This document shows positions 1 to 9,856 of a stretch of DNA of 64,000 nucleotides, piece after piece. Position numbers and translations under genes: made by a program. Each line of letters starts with the position of its first letter. Position 1 is the first letter of the stretch. The stretch spans positions 96,001 through 160,000 of the forward strand of contig JBGAHS010000010.1 of assembly GCA_044226015.1 (NCBI GenBank). The letters run 5' to 3'. The notes beneath the pieces were generated by a model. It was not told where the DNA came from and did not search any database. It saw nothing but the letters and a program-made list of their open reading frames with translations. Source of the DNA: Candidatus Obscuribacteraceae bacterium. Lineage in GTDB: Bacteria > Cyanobacteriota > Vampirovibrionia > Obscuribacterales > Obscuribacteraceae.

Positions 1-252
1 GCGTATTCTACTTCGATTCATAAGTCCCAGGGATCAGAATATCCGGCAGTAGTGATCCCGCTTGCGACGCAACACTTCATGATGCTTGAGCGAAACCTTC
101 TTTATACAGCTGTTACTCGAGGAAAAAAACTTGTTGTGATTGTGGGTCAGGCGAAAGCTCTAGCTATGGCGGTGAAAAATCTGCGCTCGAATGAACGAAT
201 TTCCGCTCTGTCCTATCGCTTGAAAATGAGATCTGAGTCTTTGCCGTTTTGA
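1..252 (+). CDS. recD2: ATP-dependent RecD-like DNA helicase, C-terminal fragment (5' end outside the window)
   Basis: Frame from base 1 reads [14 protein letters not shown]...[12 protein letters not shown], the SF1B helicase motifs V and VI. Confidence 0.9.
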   Translation, partial: AYSTSIHKSQGSEYPAVVIPLATQHFMMLERNLLYTAVTRGKKLVVIVGQAKALAMAVKNLRSNERISALSYRLKMRSESLPF

Positions 253-299
253 TTGCTTGGGGAAAGCTTTGATTGCTTTGGGAAAGTTTTAATTGCTTG
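248..299. repeat. 20-bp tandem repeat, about 2.5 copies, starting in the recD2 stop codon
   Basis: TTTGATTGCTT(G/T)GGGAAAG at 248 and 268; TTTAATTGCTTG at 288. Confidence 0.75.
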
Positions 300-324
300 A
301 GCATCACGTATTTCAAGGCTCGCG

Positions 325-2295
325 CTATTTTGTTGACTTGAGTAATTCGCCAATCGTCGGATTAGGGAGAATAATCGCTTTCCTTTCTCTCCAAATCTTG
401 TTTAGCTCTGATTCGAAGGTTTTATTGAAATTAAGTCCTTGAATCTTTTTCTCCTTGGAGTTGGCGGCTCGAATGATTTGCTTGGCAATTGAAGTAGAAA
501 GAGCTTCCCGCGCTTGATCGTATTCAATTACAATTGAAGCTAGATTTTTTGCAGTATCGAATTGCTCATTTTCCAGTGCGGTGTTTGCCGCAAAGAGCAG
601 TGGTGCTGGATTGAAATCATTGGGACTCAATTGCGGTATCCGTGACTTGATAAACTCCGTCTGTTGGGGAATAGCCCCAAACTGTTTCAGTCTTAGTTCA
701 GCATGAATCATTGGCAAGAACATAAAGGCATATCTGGCCCGATCTTTGTCTTTCTTGAGGGACTCTTCAAAACCATTCCAAGCCTGATGATAAGCATCCA
801 GTGATTCTTTGTATTTGTCATGTGAAAAATAGAAATTGGCTAAGCCGATTTTTTCATCAAGAAAAGCCTTAGCTTGAGAGTTCTCCAGGGCGTATTTCTC
901 GGCAATTTTGTAACACTCCACCACTTTTTTCGGTTCGTCGTTTCGATCGTAAGCCTCAGCTAAGCGTACATATAATGTGCTCAAGCGCCCAGTCATTTTT
1001 AGCTTGCTGAGGTCTTGAATAGCGGTGCTGAAGTATTTTATGCTTTTCTCCGGTTCTGAAGTACTCATGTATTTAAGTCCGATTTCGTATTTACACATTG
1101 CCGCTGTACCAGGGCGATGTTCTTTTAGAGCGGATTGCTCCGCCAATTTGTATAGTCGGATTGATTCGTCCTTATTTTGTGACCAAGCAGTATCTGCTCT
1201 TTCAACCAATTCGTCTGCTGACAATGAGTTCAAGTGACTGCTCTTTTGACCAACTAAAGACTTGCTGTGCCTCTTATGCAAGACGATTGACGAAGCGTCA
1301 GCCTTGCGCTGCATGATAGATTGAGAGAACAATGCGCAAACCGCTAGCAAAGAAAGAACAGAAAAAATTGTGAATGCCATTTGAGGAATTCGCAGTTTTG
1401 CTGGAGCGGCTTTTACTCCTAAATCTGCTGATTTCAATGCCAGATAAAGGTCATTGGCATTTTGGAATCTATTCTCTGGGGATTTTTCGAGACATCTTAA
1501 AATGGCTTGCTTCAGGTCGGGGCTAACAAGTACGCCAGGTGCAAAATCGATCTTGCTGTTAAGGTGCATGTCCATCAAGACGAGGCTTGAGTCTCCCGTA
1601 AAGGGCTTTCTGCCCGTTACGCATTCATAGAGTACACAGCCCAGGGAGTAAATATCAGAGCGTGCATCTATTATGCCTGAGGTGCATTGCTCTGGGCTCA
1701 TATAATGAGGCGTTCCCACAATAAAAGCAGTTCTAGTGATTCTGGCACTGTCGGTGGTGTCGTCTGTCGTGATTTCTTTGGCGAGCCCGAAGTCGAGTAG
1801 TTTAAAATCTGTTTGTTCATCGTCACCTGCTGTACACATTATGTTTGCAGGTTTAATATCTCTGTGAACAATCCCGAATTTGTGCGCGTGCGAGAGAGCA
1901 TCGGCGAGTTGTAGACCGAAAATGCGAACCTCTTCAAGGCTCATCTTCCTTTGCTGAAGTTGTTTGTCGAGGCTCTCGCCCTGACAGTATTCCATAACGA
2001 GGAAATTCTCATTGTTCGTATTTGTGCCAAATCCAAATAATTTGACTATATTTGGATGTGAGAGTTTTACTGCAAGTCGCGCTTCGCGTCGGAATCGCTC
2101 CTGCGCTGATGGATTGTCGTGAATATCACGCTTTAGAATTTTAATAGCAACTAGTTGGTCCAGCGCCTTGTGCTCAGCTTTGTATACAATGCTGTTTGCG
2201 CCTTCACCAATGATCCCCAAAATGTCGAACCGCTCATCCAGATGCAGGGAGTTTTCCTTCTCATTCGGTTTTCCATTGACGGTAGATTCCATCAT
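325..2295 (-). CDS. Hanks-type Ser/Thr protein kinase with a TM segment and C-terminal TPR-like repeats
   Basis: GEGANS-VY, VAIK, HRDIKPAN, DFG and GTPHYMSPEQ motifs; hydrophobic segment; helical repeats. Confidence 0.93.
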   Translation of the reverse strand: MMESTVNGKPNEKENSLHLDERFDILGIIGEGANSIVYKAEHKALDQLVAIKILKRDIHDNPSAQERFRREARLAVKLSHPNIVKLFGFGTNTNNENFLVMEYCQGESLDKQLQQRKMSLEEVRIFGLQLADALSHAHKFGIVHRDIKPANIMCTAGDDEQTDFKLLDFGLAKEITTDDTTDSARITRTAFIVGTPHYMSPEQCTSGIIDARSDIYSLGCVLYECVTGRKPFTGDSSLVLMDMHLNSKIDFAPGVLVSPDLKQAILRCLEKSPENRFQNANDLYLALKSADLGVKAAPAKLRIPQMAFTIFSVLSLLAVCALFSQSIMQRKADASSIVLHKRHSKSLVGQKSSHLNSLSADELVERADTAWSQNKDESIRLYKLAEQSALKEHRPGTAAMCKYEIGLKYMSTSEPEKSIKYFSTAIQDLSKLKMTGRLSTLYVRLAEAYDRNDEPKKVVECYKIAEKYALENSQAKAFLDEKIGLANFYFSHDKYKESLDAYHQAWNGFEESLKKDKDRARYAFMFLPMIHAELRLKQFGAIPQQTEFIKSRIPQLSPNDFNPAPLLFAANTALENEQFDTAKNLASIVIEYDQAREALSTSIAKQIIRAANSKEKKIQGLNFNKTFESELNKIWRERKAIILPNPTIGELLKSTK

Positions 2296-2598
2296 GTTGC
2301 GCCCTAGGATTCCTGAAACATAAGAAATTCAATACCCCCATTTCTTGGGGTAATTACTTGCGCCGCATCGCAATTTGACGGCGCTCTTTCTTTCATACCT
2401 TTAGCATTCCCTGAAGAGTTGAAATTCATGCGTTAAATTGCTGCCAGCTAGGGGTTTTTAAGTTCCGCCAAAAGGTAACAACGCCTTCGCTCACGTGCAA
2501 ACAAATAGATAATTCTTTTGAGTGGACTCGGAGGATTTTGAAGAAATTGCTCTCCTTTGATGTGCTGGATTTTAATCTTGGAACTGGGGCATTGAGAT

Positions 2599-2960
2599 TT
2601 GCGAACCGCTATCGGTTCGCGAAAAGAAGCTGTAATGTCGAATTTAACTGATTTTGCTTGTTTATCTTACTTGTCGGAATTTCAAACGACTTGCGGCGAA
2701 AAAATTCGAACCGCTATCGGTTCGCGAAGAGAAGCTGTAATGTCGAATTTATCCGATTTTGCTTGTTTTCTTATTCGACGGAATTTCAAAAACGACTTGC
2801 GGCGAAAAAATTGCGAACCGCTATCGGTTCGCGAAAAGAAGCTGTAATGTCGAATTTATCTGATTTTGCTTGTTTATCTTACTCGACGGAATTTCAAACG
2901 ACTTGCGGCGAAAAAATTCGAACCGCTATCGGTTCGCGGTATTAGCTGTAATGTCGAATT
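2599..2960. repeat. About 105-bp tandem repeat (3.5 units) with a perfect hairpin core CGAACCG-CTAT-CGGTTCG
   Basis: Core at about 2602, 2707, 2814 and 2919. Confidence 0.92.
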
Positions 2961-3516
2961 GATTCTGTCGGTTTATCTGCCCTAGTCATAAAATCACTTG
3001 TTCTGGTAACTCAATTTGCTGAAAACTAACCGAATGGTTTTGCAAGCTTATGCAAGAAACAATGTATTTGACTTACTTGAGAACAAAGATAGAAGGGTAA
3101 CTGATTTCCCCACCCCCACGATGGATCAATCAGTTACCGCTTCCGCCGTCCTCTGCTGTTCGGAGCCTGGAACAATTAAAGCGGCTCGTTGTGCGAACCC
3201 CGTGCAAACGAATTTCGAATCTCATTTGTTCAGAGTTTGCATCAATTCAGACCGTTTACCTGAAAAAAGGTGCGGAACGGTTATGATTTCAGCGCACAAA
3301 ACAAATCTAGCCGATCCGAATTGAATATGGACTGGCTCTGACCTGCAGATTCAGATGATTCCTTGTGCTTCTGATGTCTAATCCTCCATTATGCTTAGTT
3401 CCGTCCACGCTTTCCTTGCATAAGTTCTATCGACAGAACTTGTCTTACGCCCCAAGACCAATTAGAGCCACCAGAGAGCTGTCTTGCTTTCATATTTCAC
3501 CTGTTCAAATTTTGCT

Positions 3517-3535
3517 ACTAGACGACCGGTCTAGT
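3517..3535. promoter_or_regulatory. Palindromic TetR-family operator ACTAGAC-GACCG-GTCTAGT
   Basis: 7-5-7 inverted repeat 45 bp upstream of the TetR ATG; resembles the NemR-type TAGAC...GTCTA box. Confidence 0.7.
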
Positions 3536-3580
3536 CCATGCTAAGATTGTATTGTATTGACTCTTATAGGGTGTGAAATC

Positions 3581-4183
3581 ATGGCTAGAACAGCTACAGG
3601 CGAAGAAAGGGATACGAAAGCGCTCCTTTTGGAAGCTGGCATGACCGTAATGTTCGAAAAAGGTTACACGAACACGGGAATTCAGGAAGTTCTCTCCTCT
3701 GTGGGTGTTCCGAAAGGGTCGTTCTATCATTATTTTGAGAGCAAAGAAGACTTCGCTTTGAAGATTATTCGGAATGTTGAAGAGAATTACGTGATTTCAT
3801 TGAATGGATTTCTTCGGGACCCCGCTTTGACTCCTGTTGCACGCTTGCGAAAGTTGTGTGAGACAAAGAAAACCGACTTGGCGGAACAGAGATGTCGTCG
3901 TGGATGTTTGATCGGTAATCTGAGCCAAGAAATGGCTGATCAAAGTGAAGCACTGCGACTGGAGCTTGCCAGAGTCATGGGGCGTTGGCGTGATATTTAT
4001 GCTGCCTGTATAGATGAAGGACAAAATTGTGGCGAGATAAACAAGAAAATGACACCTACAGTGCTTGCCGAGATGTTTTTGTGCGGTTGGGAAGGCAGCA
4101 TCATGCGTGCGAAAACTCAGAAAGATATCCAGCCATTAGAGGCATTTATCGAGGTTATGTTTGGGCAGGTTCTCGTCCCCTAG
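3581..4183 (+). CDS. TetR/AcrR family transcriptional regulator (NemR/AcuR-like)
   Basis: HTH GYTNTGIQEVL...VPKGSFYHYFESKE and GCLIGNLSQE motif; ATG 3581 preferred over TTG 3557. Confidence 0.92.
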   Translation: MARTATGEERDTKALLLEAGMTVMFEKGYTNTGIQEVLSSVGVPKGSFYHYFESKEDFALKIIRNVEENYVISLNGFLRDPALTPVARLRKLCETKKTDLAEQRCRRGCLIGNLSQEMADQSEALRLELARVMGRWRDIYAACIDEGQNCGEINKKMTPTVLAEMFLCGWEGSIMRAKTQKDIQPLEAFIEVMFGQVLVP

Positions 4184-4458
4184 ATTTGGAAGGATGAAAC
4201 TAGCTGGGGCAATCTCAGAAATCTACCCCAAAAAGGCGCAATTCTTGTTGTCGTTAACACGCCACTTCTGTTGTCGTTGAACGCTTGGAAGGGAGCGGAC
4301 TTTTGTTGTGAACAGAATTTGTTCTTCCAGAAGTTTATTTTCTGAGGTTCGCGTTTGTTCTTGAGGTTCCGACGATCTAGTTCTTAGACTGGGCCATCTA
4401 TTGCACGCAGGTTGCACGTTTAGTTCTTATCATGGACTCCAACGGGTGGAGATCCATA

Positions 4459-5307
4459 ATGGCGAATTTCGAATTGAATCCAAGTAGCGAAAAGTTTGTT
4501 CCGAAAAGTGACGAAGAAACAGCTTCGTTGCATTTAAGAATGGAAGCCTGCGCAATAACAAATCGTGAGATGCCTGAGAACGAACGCTATATCTGGTCCG
4601 AAGATTTTGCTGCAGATTTCGCCAAGAAGTCAGAGAAAGATCACCATTTTACTGGCGCCATAGCCAAGGATTTGAAAGAGCATGGAGCAACTGTTGAACG
4701 GATCGCCACGGTCCCAGAATACAAATCAATTGGCAAGAATTTGAACCAGAGTGATAAAGTCAGAATCACTTTTCCTGAAGCCTGCAAAGGCGATCCTTTC
4801 AGCAATCTGCAAGTAGAAATTGTCCCCCTAGCTGATGGAACAAACGTAAGTTTCAAATCATTAGTCAAGGCGCCTGGCGTTGGTTCACAGCGTTCGTTAG
4901 AAGAAAGCAAGATTACGGTTACTGTGCGTGCAGGTAAGGCAACTCAATCTATCATTGAGTCCGCAGATGGAAGTGTTAAGACTTTGCGCATGGCAAACGA
5001 TGGGAAGCTGGATTCTTTGCTGAACAACGGCAAAGATGGTTCCAAAGATTTTGTAAAATATGATGGAAAGCAAGAGCGTGGAAAAGAGATTCCGATTTTA
5101 GAAATTTTTGAGCCTGCGGATGGAACTCGACAGATAAAGCATTTTGATAGAGGACAACCCATTGAAAAAATTGCAGTGGACGCCCGTAATAAGCTGCTTT
5201 CCTATAATGCTTATGATGAAAAAGGAAAAGAGCTTTCTGCTTACGACTTGAAAAGTTTAACCGGTCGGGCCCTATATCTAGCTCACACATGGGATAAAAA
5301 GGAATGA
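4459..5307 (+). CDS. Hypothetical protein, beta-rich C-terminus, no signal peptide
   Basis: Long ORF; GGAGA upstream of ATG 4459 (alternative start 4432). Confidence 0.75.
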   Translation: MANFELNPSSEKFVPKSDEETASLHLRMEACAITNREMPENERYIWSEDFAADFAKKSEKDHHFTGAIAKDLKEHGATVERIATVPEYKSIGKNLNQSDKVRITFPEACKGDPFSNLQVEIVPLADGTNVSFKSLVKAPGVGSQRSLEESKITVTVRAGKATQSIIESADGSVKTLRMANDGKLDSLLNNGKDGSKDFVKYDGKQERGKEIPILEIFEPADGTRQIKHFDRGQPIEKIAVDARNKLLSYNAYDEKGKELSAYDLKSLTGRALYLAHTWDKKE

Positions 5308-5317
5308 CGGCGGAGCT

Positions 5318-5652
5318 GCGAAGAAAAACGCGAAGCGATAGGGGCTGAAAATTTCTGGCGCGAGAAAGTGCAACGCGAAGAAAAACGCAACGCGACGAAA
5401 AACGCGAACCGATAGCGGTTGAAAATTTCTGGCGCGAGAAAATGCAGTGCGAAGAAAAAACGCGAAGCGATAGCGGTTGAAATTTCGGCGCGAGAAAATG
5501 CAGTGCGAAGAAAAAACGCGAAGCGATAGCGGTTGAAATTTCGGCGCGAGAAAATGCAGTGCGAAGAAAAACGCGATCCGATAGCGGTTGAAATTTCGGC
5601 GCGAGAAAGTGCAGTGCGAAGATAAACGCGAAGCGATAGCGGTTGAAATTTC
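5318..5652. repeat. About 56-bp tandem array (about 6 units) with core AAAACGCGAAGCGATAGCGGTTGAAA
   Basis: Direct repeats visible; begins about 10 bp after the stop at 5307. Confidence 0.92.
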
Positions 5653-5755
5653 TCAAGAACATGGTCACTTTGTTTCCATCCTTCTCTTGACGCGCGCTCA
5701 TTTAGCAGAGTTGAAAAGAATGTATATTTTGCTGAACACCTCAGGAAATATTGCT

Positions 5756-7402
5756 ATGGCACGTCGCACCAATTGGCGCTGTTACCCTGCAGTGACCGCC
5801 GTCACTGCAATCCTGAACTCTTTTCTGTTTTGCCCCTCGGTCGACGCGTCAGAGGCTTTGTTCAAGCCCTTATACGCCGAAGGGAAGAAAAATGTCGACC
5901 AGCTAAAAAACTACGCTGAAGGCGAAAGGCTTTTGGAAATGGCTCTGCAGAATGCTGAGCATATTCCGAAAGATTCACCAGAGATGCTCAACCTTCTGAC
6001 TGAGTTATGTCAAGCGTACACTTGTACAGGAAAGGTGACAAAAGCTGAGCCTATTTTGAAAGCTGTCCTCGAAGTTAGAGAAAAATCAAAAAAGAAAGAT
6101 GATTTGGCTCTGTTTCAGACTGTGATGCAGCTCGGGACCGTATATCGTCGCCAGGATAAGTATGCCGAGTCAGAGGCTCTGTATAAGCGGGGACTCAGCA
6201 TGTTTGAAGGAAAGGGACCTATCAAAACCCTGTTTCAAGCACTGGTAATGTACGCACTGGCGTCTTTGTACCTAGATATGAATAAGAATCTAGAGGCGGA
6301 AACCATTATCAATCAGGCTCTTATCCTTCGCAAGCAGAGCATGTTTAGCAAAGGATTGCCAGAAAGCGGACTATATGAAGCACTCGGACGTGCCCTGTTC
6401 CAGCAAGGCAAATACGCTGAGGCAGAGACCAAATATAAATTAGCGCTGGAAACTCTCGAAAAGAAACCTGAAAACAATCGTGATCTTGCTTTCATTGAAG
6501 GCAGCCTGTCCGCTGTATACAAATCTGAAGGACGGTATGATGAGTCCAGAAAACTTCTCGAAGATTCCATCAGAATTCTGGAAAAAACGGATGGACCGGA
6601 AAGCACAAACGTAGCCAATGCTTACAACAAGTTTGCTGAGACGGCGATCGCTCAAGATCGCTACGAAGAAGCTGAAACATATGTGCGCAAAGCGATGGCA
6701 ATTCACGAAAAATTGAACGGCAACGAGCACTCCAATATTGCTAACGACATGTCTAACTTGATCGATATTTACCGGTCACAAGGCAAGTACTCCGCGGCCG
6801 AAACACTCGGCAAGAAGGGGGTGGAAATTTACTCGAAAGTACTGGGTCCTGACTCAGTTATAACCGCAATGGAAATGGAGAAGCTTGCATGGGTGTATTG
6901 CGATCAGGCAAAATACGCTGATGCAAAAACACTATGTAAAAATGCAATTGACATAGTAGGACAAAGGGAAGGACAAAATTCCAACCGAATGCCAAAACTG
7001 TGGCGTCAGCTCGCATTCATAGAGAAATGTTTGAACAACAATGCTGAAGCTGAGCGTTTGCTACTCCAGACCTCGACAGCGCTTGCACAGGACAAGAATG
7101 CCGAGCAAGCCCTCGTGGGGTTCACCTATTCAGAACTCGCAGCTCTCTATGTAGCAGATCATAATCTTGCAGGAGCAGAGGATAGTTCGAAAAAAGCGAT
7201 TGCGGTAGAAGAAAAATTGTATGGAGCTGATCATATACGCCTGCTGGGTGATCTAAATCTTCTATCGCGAATATACGTTGAAGAGAAGCGAGATGCAGAT
7301 GCAGCCGCCATAAAAGCCAGGATAGACACAATCTACGACAAGCATCCCGAATTGAAAAAGCTGTGTCAGTGGCGAAGGTTCCTGCTGCGGCATCACCTGT
7401 AG
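5756..7402 (+). CDS. Secreted tetratricopeptide-repeat protein; probable N-terminal part of a frameshifted TPR-caspase fusion
   Basis: Many GKYAEAE-type TPRs; signal-peptide-like N-terminus from ATG 5756 with AGGA upstream; the ORF-track extension to 5588 is repeat-derived. Confidence 0.88.
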   Translation: MARRTNWRCYPAVTAVTAILNSFLFCPSVDASEALFKPLYAEGKKNVDQLKNYAEGERLLEMALQNAEHIPKDSPEMLNLLTELCQAYTCTGKVTKAEPILKAVLEVREKSKKKDDLALFQTVMQLGTVYRRQDKYAESEALYKRGLSMFEGKGPIKTLFQALVMYALASLYLDMNKNLEAETIINQALILRKQSMFSKGLPESGLYEALGRALFQQGKYAEAETKYKLALETLEKKPENNRDLAFIEGSLSAVYKSEGRYDESRKLLEDSIRILEKTDGPESTNVANAYNKFAETAIAQDRYEEAETYVRKAMAIHEKLNGNEHSNIANDMSNLIDIYRSQGKYSAAETLGKKGVEIYSKVLGPDSVITAMEMEKLAWVYCDQAKYADAKTLCKNAIDIVGQREGQNSNRMPKLWRQLAFIEKCLNNNAEAERLLLQTSTALAQDKNAEQALVGFTYSELAALYVADHNLAGAEDSSKKAIAVEEKLYGADHIRLLGDLNLLSRIYVEEKRDADAAAIKARIDTIYDKHPELKKLCQWRRFLLRHHL

Positions 7403-8193
7403 TGTCAGTCAATAAAGCTGCAGAATCAAAACCTGTAAAGAACAAATGGGCATTGGTTGTCGGAATCAGCAATTTTTCCAATCCAGAAATCAATCTTAAG
7501 TTCGCCGCCAAGGACGCGGTAGACTTCTCAAACTTCTTGCTGCATGATGCCCATTTCCCGCCAGATCATGTGAAGGTTCTTACGGATAAGGATGCCACCA
7601 GAGACAATATCATCAAGCAGTTAGGTGATGATTGGCTTGGGCGGCGCGCCGCTCCCGATGACCTGGTAGTTATATATGTATCAAGCCATGGTAGCGTTTC
7701 TCGAAGTGAAGCAGGTGGTGTGAATTTTCTGGTGGCATACGACACAAAGCCAGATGGGCTCCTGAGTACAGGAATCCCGATGCAGTGGTTGTCTCAAATG
7801 ATTAAAGAGCAAGTCCACAGCAACCGCGTTGTCCTTATTTTGGATGTTTGTCACAGTGGATCAAGTTCAGGTGGCGAAAAAGGACTCGTTCGTGAAAACA
7901 CTTTTGACGTAAGTAAAGTTGGGGTGGGTGAAGGTCAAGCAATCGTCTGCTCTTCAGCGCCTGAGCAAGTTTCATGGGAATCAAAGAACTACCCGAATAG
8001 TGTTTTTACTCGCCGATTAATTGAAGGATTGAAGCAAGATAATTCCAAAGTCGATTTGAATAAGGCATTTGCTTACTTGAAAGAGCAGGTGGAATCAGAG
8101 GTCCTTCGCGATCGCGGAAAGTTGCAAACCCCATTGCTTTTCAGTAAGGCATGGCAAGGTACGGCGCCCGTTCTTTCAGTACAAACTAAATAG
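7363..8193 (+). CDS. Caspase-family (peptidase C14) domain
   Basis: KWALVVGIS, LKFAAKDA, YVSSHG (catalytic His), LDVCHSG (catalytic Cys), SVFT motifs. Confidence 0.9.
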   Translation: MSVAKVPAAASPVVSVNKAAESKPVKNKWALVVGISNFSNPEINLKFAAKDAVDFSNFLLHDAHFPPDHVKVLTDKDATRDNIIKQLGDDWLGRRAAPDDLVVIYVSSHGSVSRSEAGGVNFLVAYDTKPDGLLSTGIPMQWLSQMIKEQVHSNRVVLILDVCHSGSSSGGEKGLVRENTFDVSKVGVGEGQAIVCSSAPEQVSWESKNYPNSVFTRRLIEGLKQDNSKVDLNKAFAYLKEQVESEVLRDRGKLQTPLLFSKAWQGTAPVLSVQTK

Positions 8194-8311
8194 CAATTGT
8201 CCGCGATTCGCCGCGAGAATTTTTGTAGGCAACGCAACAACCAATCAGTGCAGGAAATATACGAAATGCTACTAATCCGTGCAGAGGCAGACACAAAGAA
8301 TCGGCGAACTC

Positions 8312-8667
8312 GCTAATCCGTGGTGTGGCAGAAGCAATGAAGCGCAGCGGCGGACCCGGTATCAGGAAGTGTGTGAAATTTTGCTAGTCCGTGGTGTGGC
8401 AGAAGCAATGAAGCGCAGCGGCAGACCCGGTATCAGGAAGTGTGTGAAATTTTGCTAGTCCGTGGTGTGACAGAAGCAATGAAGCGCAAGGGCAGACCCG
8501 GTATCAGGAAGTGTGTGAAATTTTGCTAGTCCGTGGTGTGACAGAAGCAATGAAGCGCAAGGGCAGACCCGGTATCAGGAGTGTGCGAATTGTTGCTAAT
8601 CCGTGCTGAGGCTGACGCAATGAAGCTGCGGACCATCGGTTTCAGGAGTTCGCAAAATGCTGCTGGA
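8312..8667. repeat. 71-bp tandem repeat (5 units plus degenerate flanks) running into the 3' end of the ArsR gene
   Basis: GCTA(A/G)TCCGTG at 8312, 8383, 8454, 8525 and 8595. Confidence 0.93.
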
Positions 8668-9007
8668 CTTTGGCGAATCTCTCCGACAAGGATCCACAAA
8701 CCAGATCGCAGAGCTGATAAATCGTCATATCCGCCACAGAGTAATAAACAAAAAGCCCTTGCTTGCGTCTGTTGAGCATCCCTTGATCCGCTAGTAGGGA
8801 CAAATGTTTACTGATATTTGCCTGACTCATGCCCGTTAATTCGCAAAGTTCCTGCACCGAATGCTCTCGCTCCATGAGGTGCTGCAGAATCTCCAGGCGG
8901 GTAGCATCGCCCATTGCACGGAAGCGTGCCGCTACAATTTCAAGAGCTTCTCTAGAAAGTGCCGGCTTCTTGTTTTCCATTGCTTTTACAGTCTTTCGTG
9001 AGACCAT
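8642..9007 (-). CDS. ArsR/SmtB family regulator
   Basis: FRAMGDATRLEIL, SVQEL, SQANISKHL and G..VYY motifs; C-terminal LCDLVC. Confidence 0.92.
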   Translation of the reverse strand: MVSRKTVKAMENKKPALSREALEIVAARFRAMGDATRLEILQHLMEREHSVQELCELTGMSQANISKHLSLLADQGMLNRRKQGLFVYYSVADMTIYQLCDLVCGSLSERFAKVQQHFANS

Positions 9008-9060
9008 GACCCTTCCCCAGCCAGTTCTTATATACTAACTGTAAAACGTTGTTTCGTCAA

Positions 9061-9089
9061 TTGACTATTTAACTGAATAGCGATATAGT
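9061..9089 (+). promoter_or_regulatory. Sigma70-type promoter TTGACT-N17-TATAGT overlapping the palindrome CTATT-N6-AATAG (putative ArsR operator)
   Basis: Direct reading; 31 bp upstream of the rhodanese ATG. Confidence 0.7.
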
Positions 9090-9120
9090 TATTTTATGGG
9101 GACACAAAAGGTGAATTGAA

Positions 9121-9702
9121 ATGACTAAAACTGGAACTGTTGAAAAGCTTAGCCCAAATCAGGTCCGTTCTCTATCGGGCGCTGGCGTCGCTGGGAGCAT
9201 TCAGCTGATCGACGTCCGCTCCCCGCTTGAATTTGATAGTGAGCACATCGAAGGAGCCAAGAACATTCCGCTGGATGAGCTGGGCTTCCGAAGCGGGGAG
9301 ATCAAGAATGATTGCACTACCGTGCTGATTTGCAGAAGCGGTGTTCGTGCGGGGCGCGCAGCCGACTTACTCGCATCCTACGGAATGAATGTTAACGTTC
9401 TTGCCGGTGGTGTAACCGATTGGAAAAAGTGCGGATTACCGTTACTTGAAGGCAAAAAGCGTCTTTCGCTGGAAAGACAGGTTCAGCTGACCATCGGACT
9501 TATTTTACTTTCGAGCGTTTCAGCGGGTTGGCTCATAAACCCTGCCTGGTTTATAGTGCCGGGAATCATTGGCGCCGGGCTTACCTTTGCTGGACTCAGC
9601 GGCTTTTGTGGGCTTGCCGTACTAATTTCAAAAGCACCATGGAATAAGCTAGAGAATACTGGCGCGTGTCAAACTGCTAAGAAGAACAGCTGTTGTTCGT
9701 AG
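9121..9702 (+). CDS. Rhodanese-domain membrane protein (YgaP-like, with DUF2892)
   Basis: LIDVRSPLEF..HIEGA, active-site CRSGVRA, SLERQVQL and GLTFAGLSGFCG motifs. Confidence 0.9.
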   Translation: MTKTGTVEKLSPNQVRSLSGAGVAGSIQLIDVRSPLEFDSEHIEGAKNIPLDELGFRSGEIKNDCTTVLICRSGVRAGRAADLLASYGMNVNVLAGGVTDWKKCGLPLLEGKKRLSLERQVQLTIGLILLSSVSAGWLINPAWFIVPGIIGAGLTFAGLSGFCGLAVLISKAPWNKLENTGACQTAKKNSCCS

Positions 9703-9856
9703 AGCACCCTGTCCAAGCCAACGCAGTGTTGTGTCTGGCTTGGATTGGTGCGCCGCGTTCATAAATACGAGCTAACTCCCAATCTGGTTGAAGCAAGGAA
9801 CTCCCAATCCGGTTTTGAACCAAGATCCCATGCGCAGTTAAGAATGCCTTCAATAT

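Noticed and set aside
2599..2945. ORF-track ORFs 2599-2847 and 2658-2945
   Set aside because: Translations of the tandem repeat in different frames, with no SD or protein-like features
3016..3324. 102-aa ORF
   Set aside because: TTG start with no SD and no recognisable motif
4976..5755. Minus-strand 241-aa ORF and the 5588 N-terminal extension of the TPR gene
   Set aside because: Both run through the repeat array; the minus ORF is also antisense to a better gene
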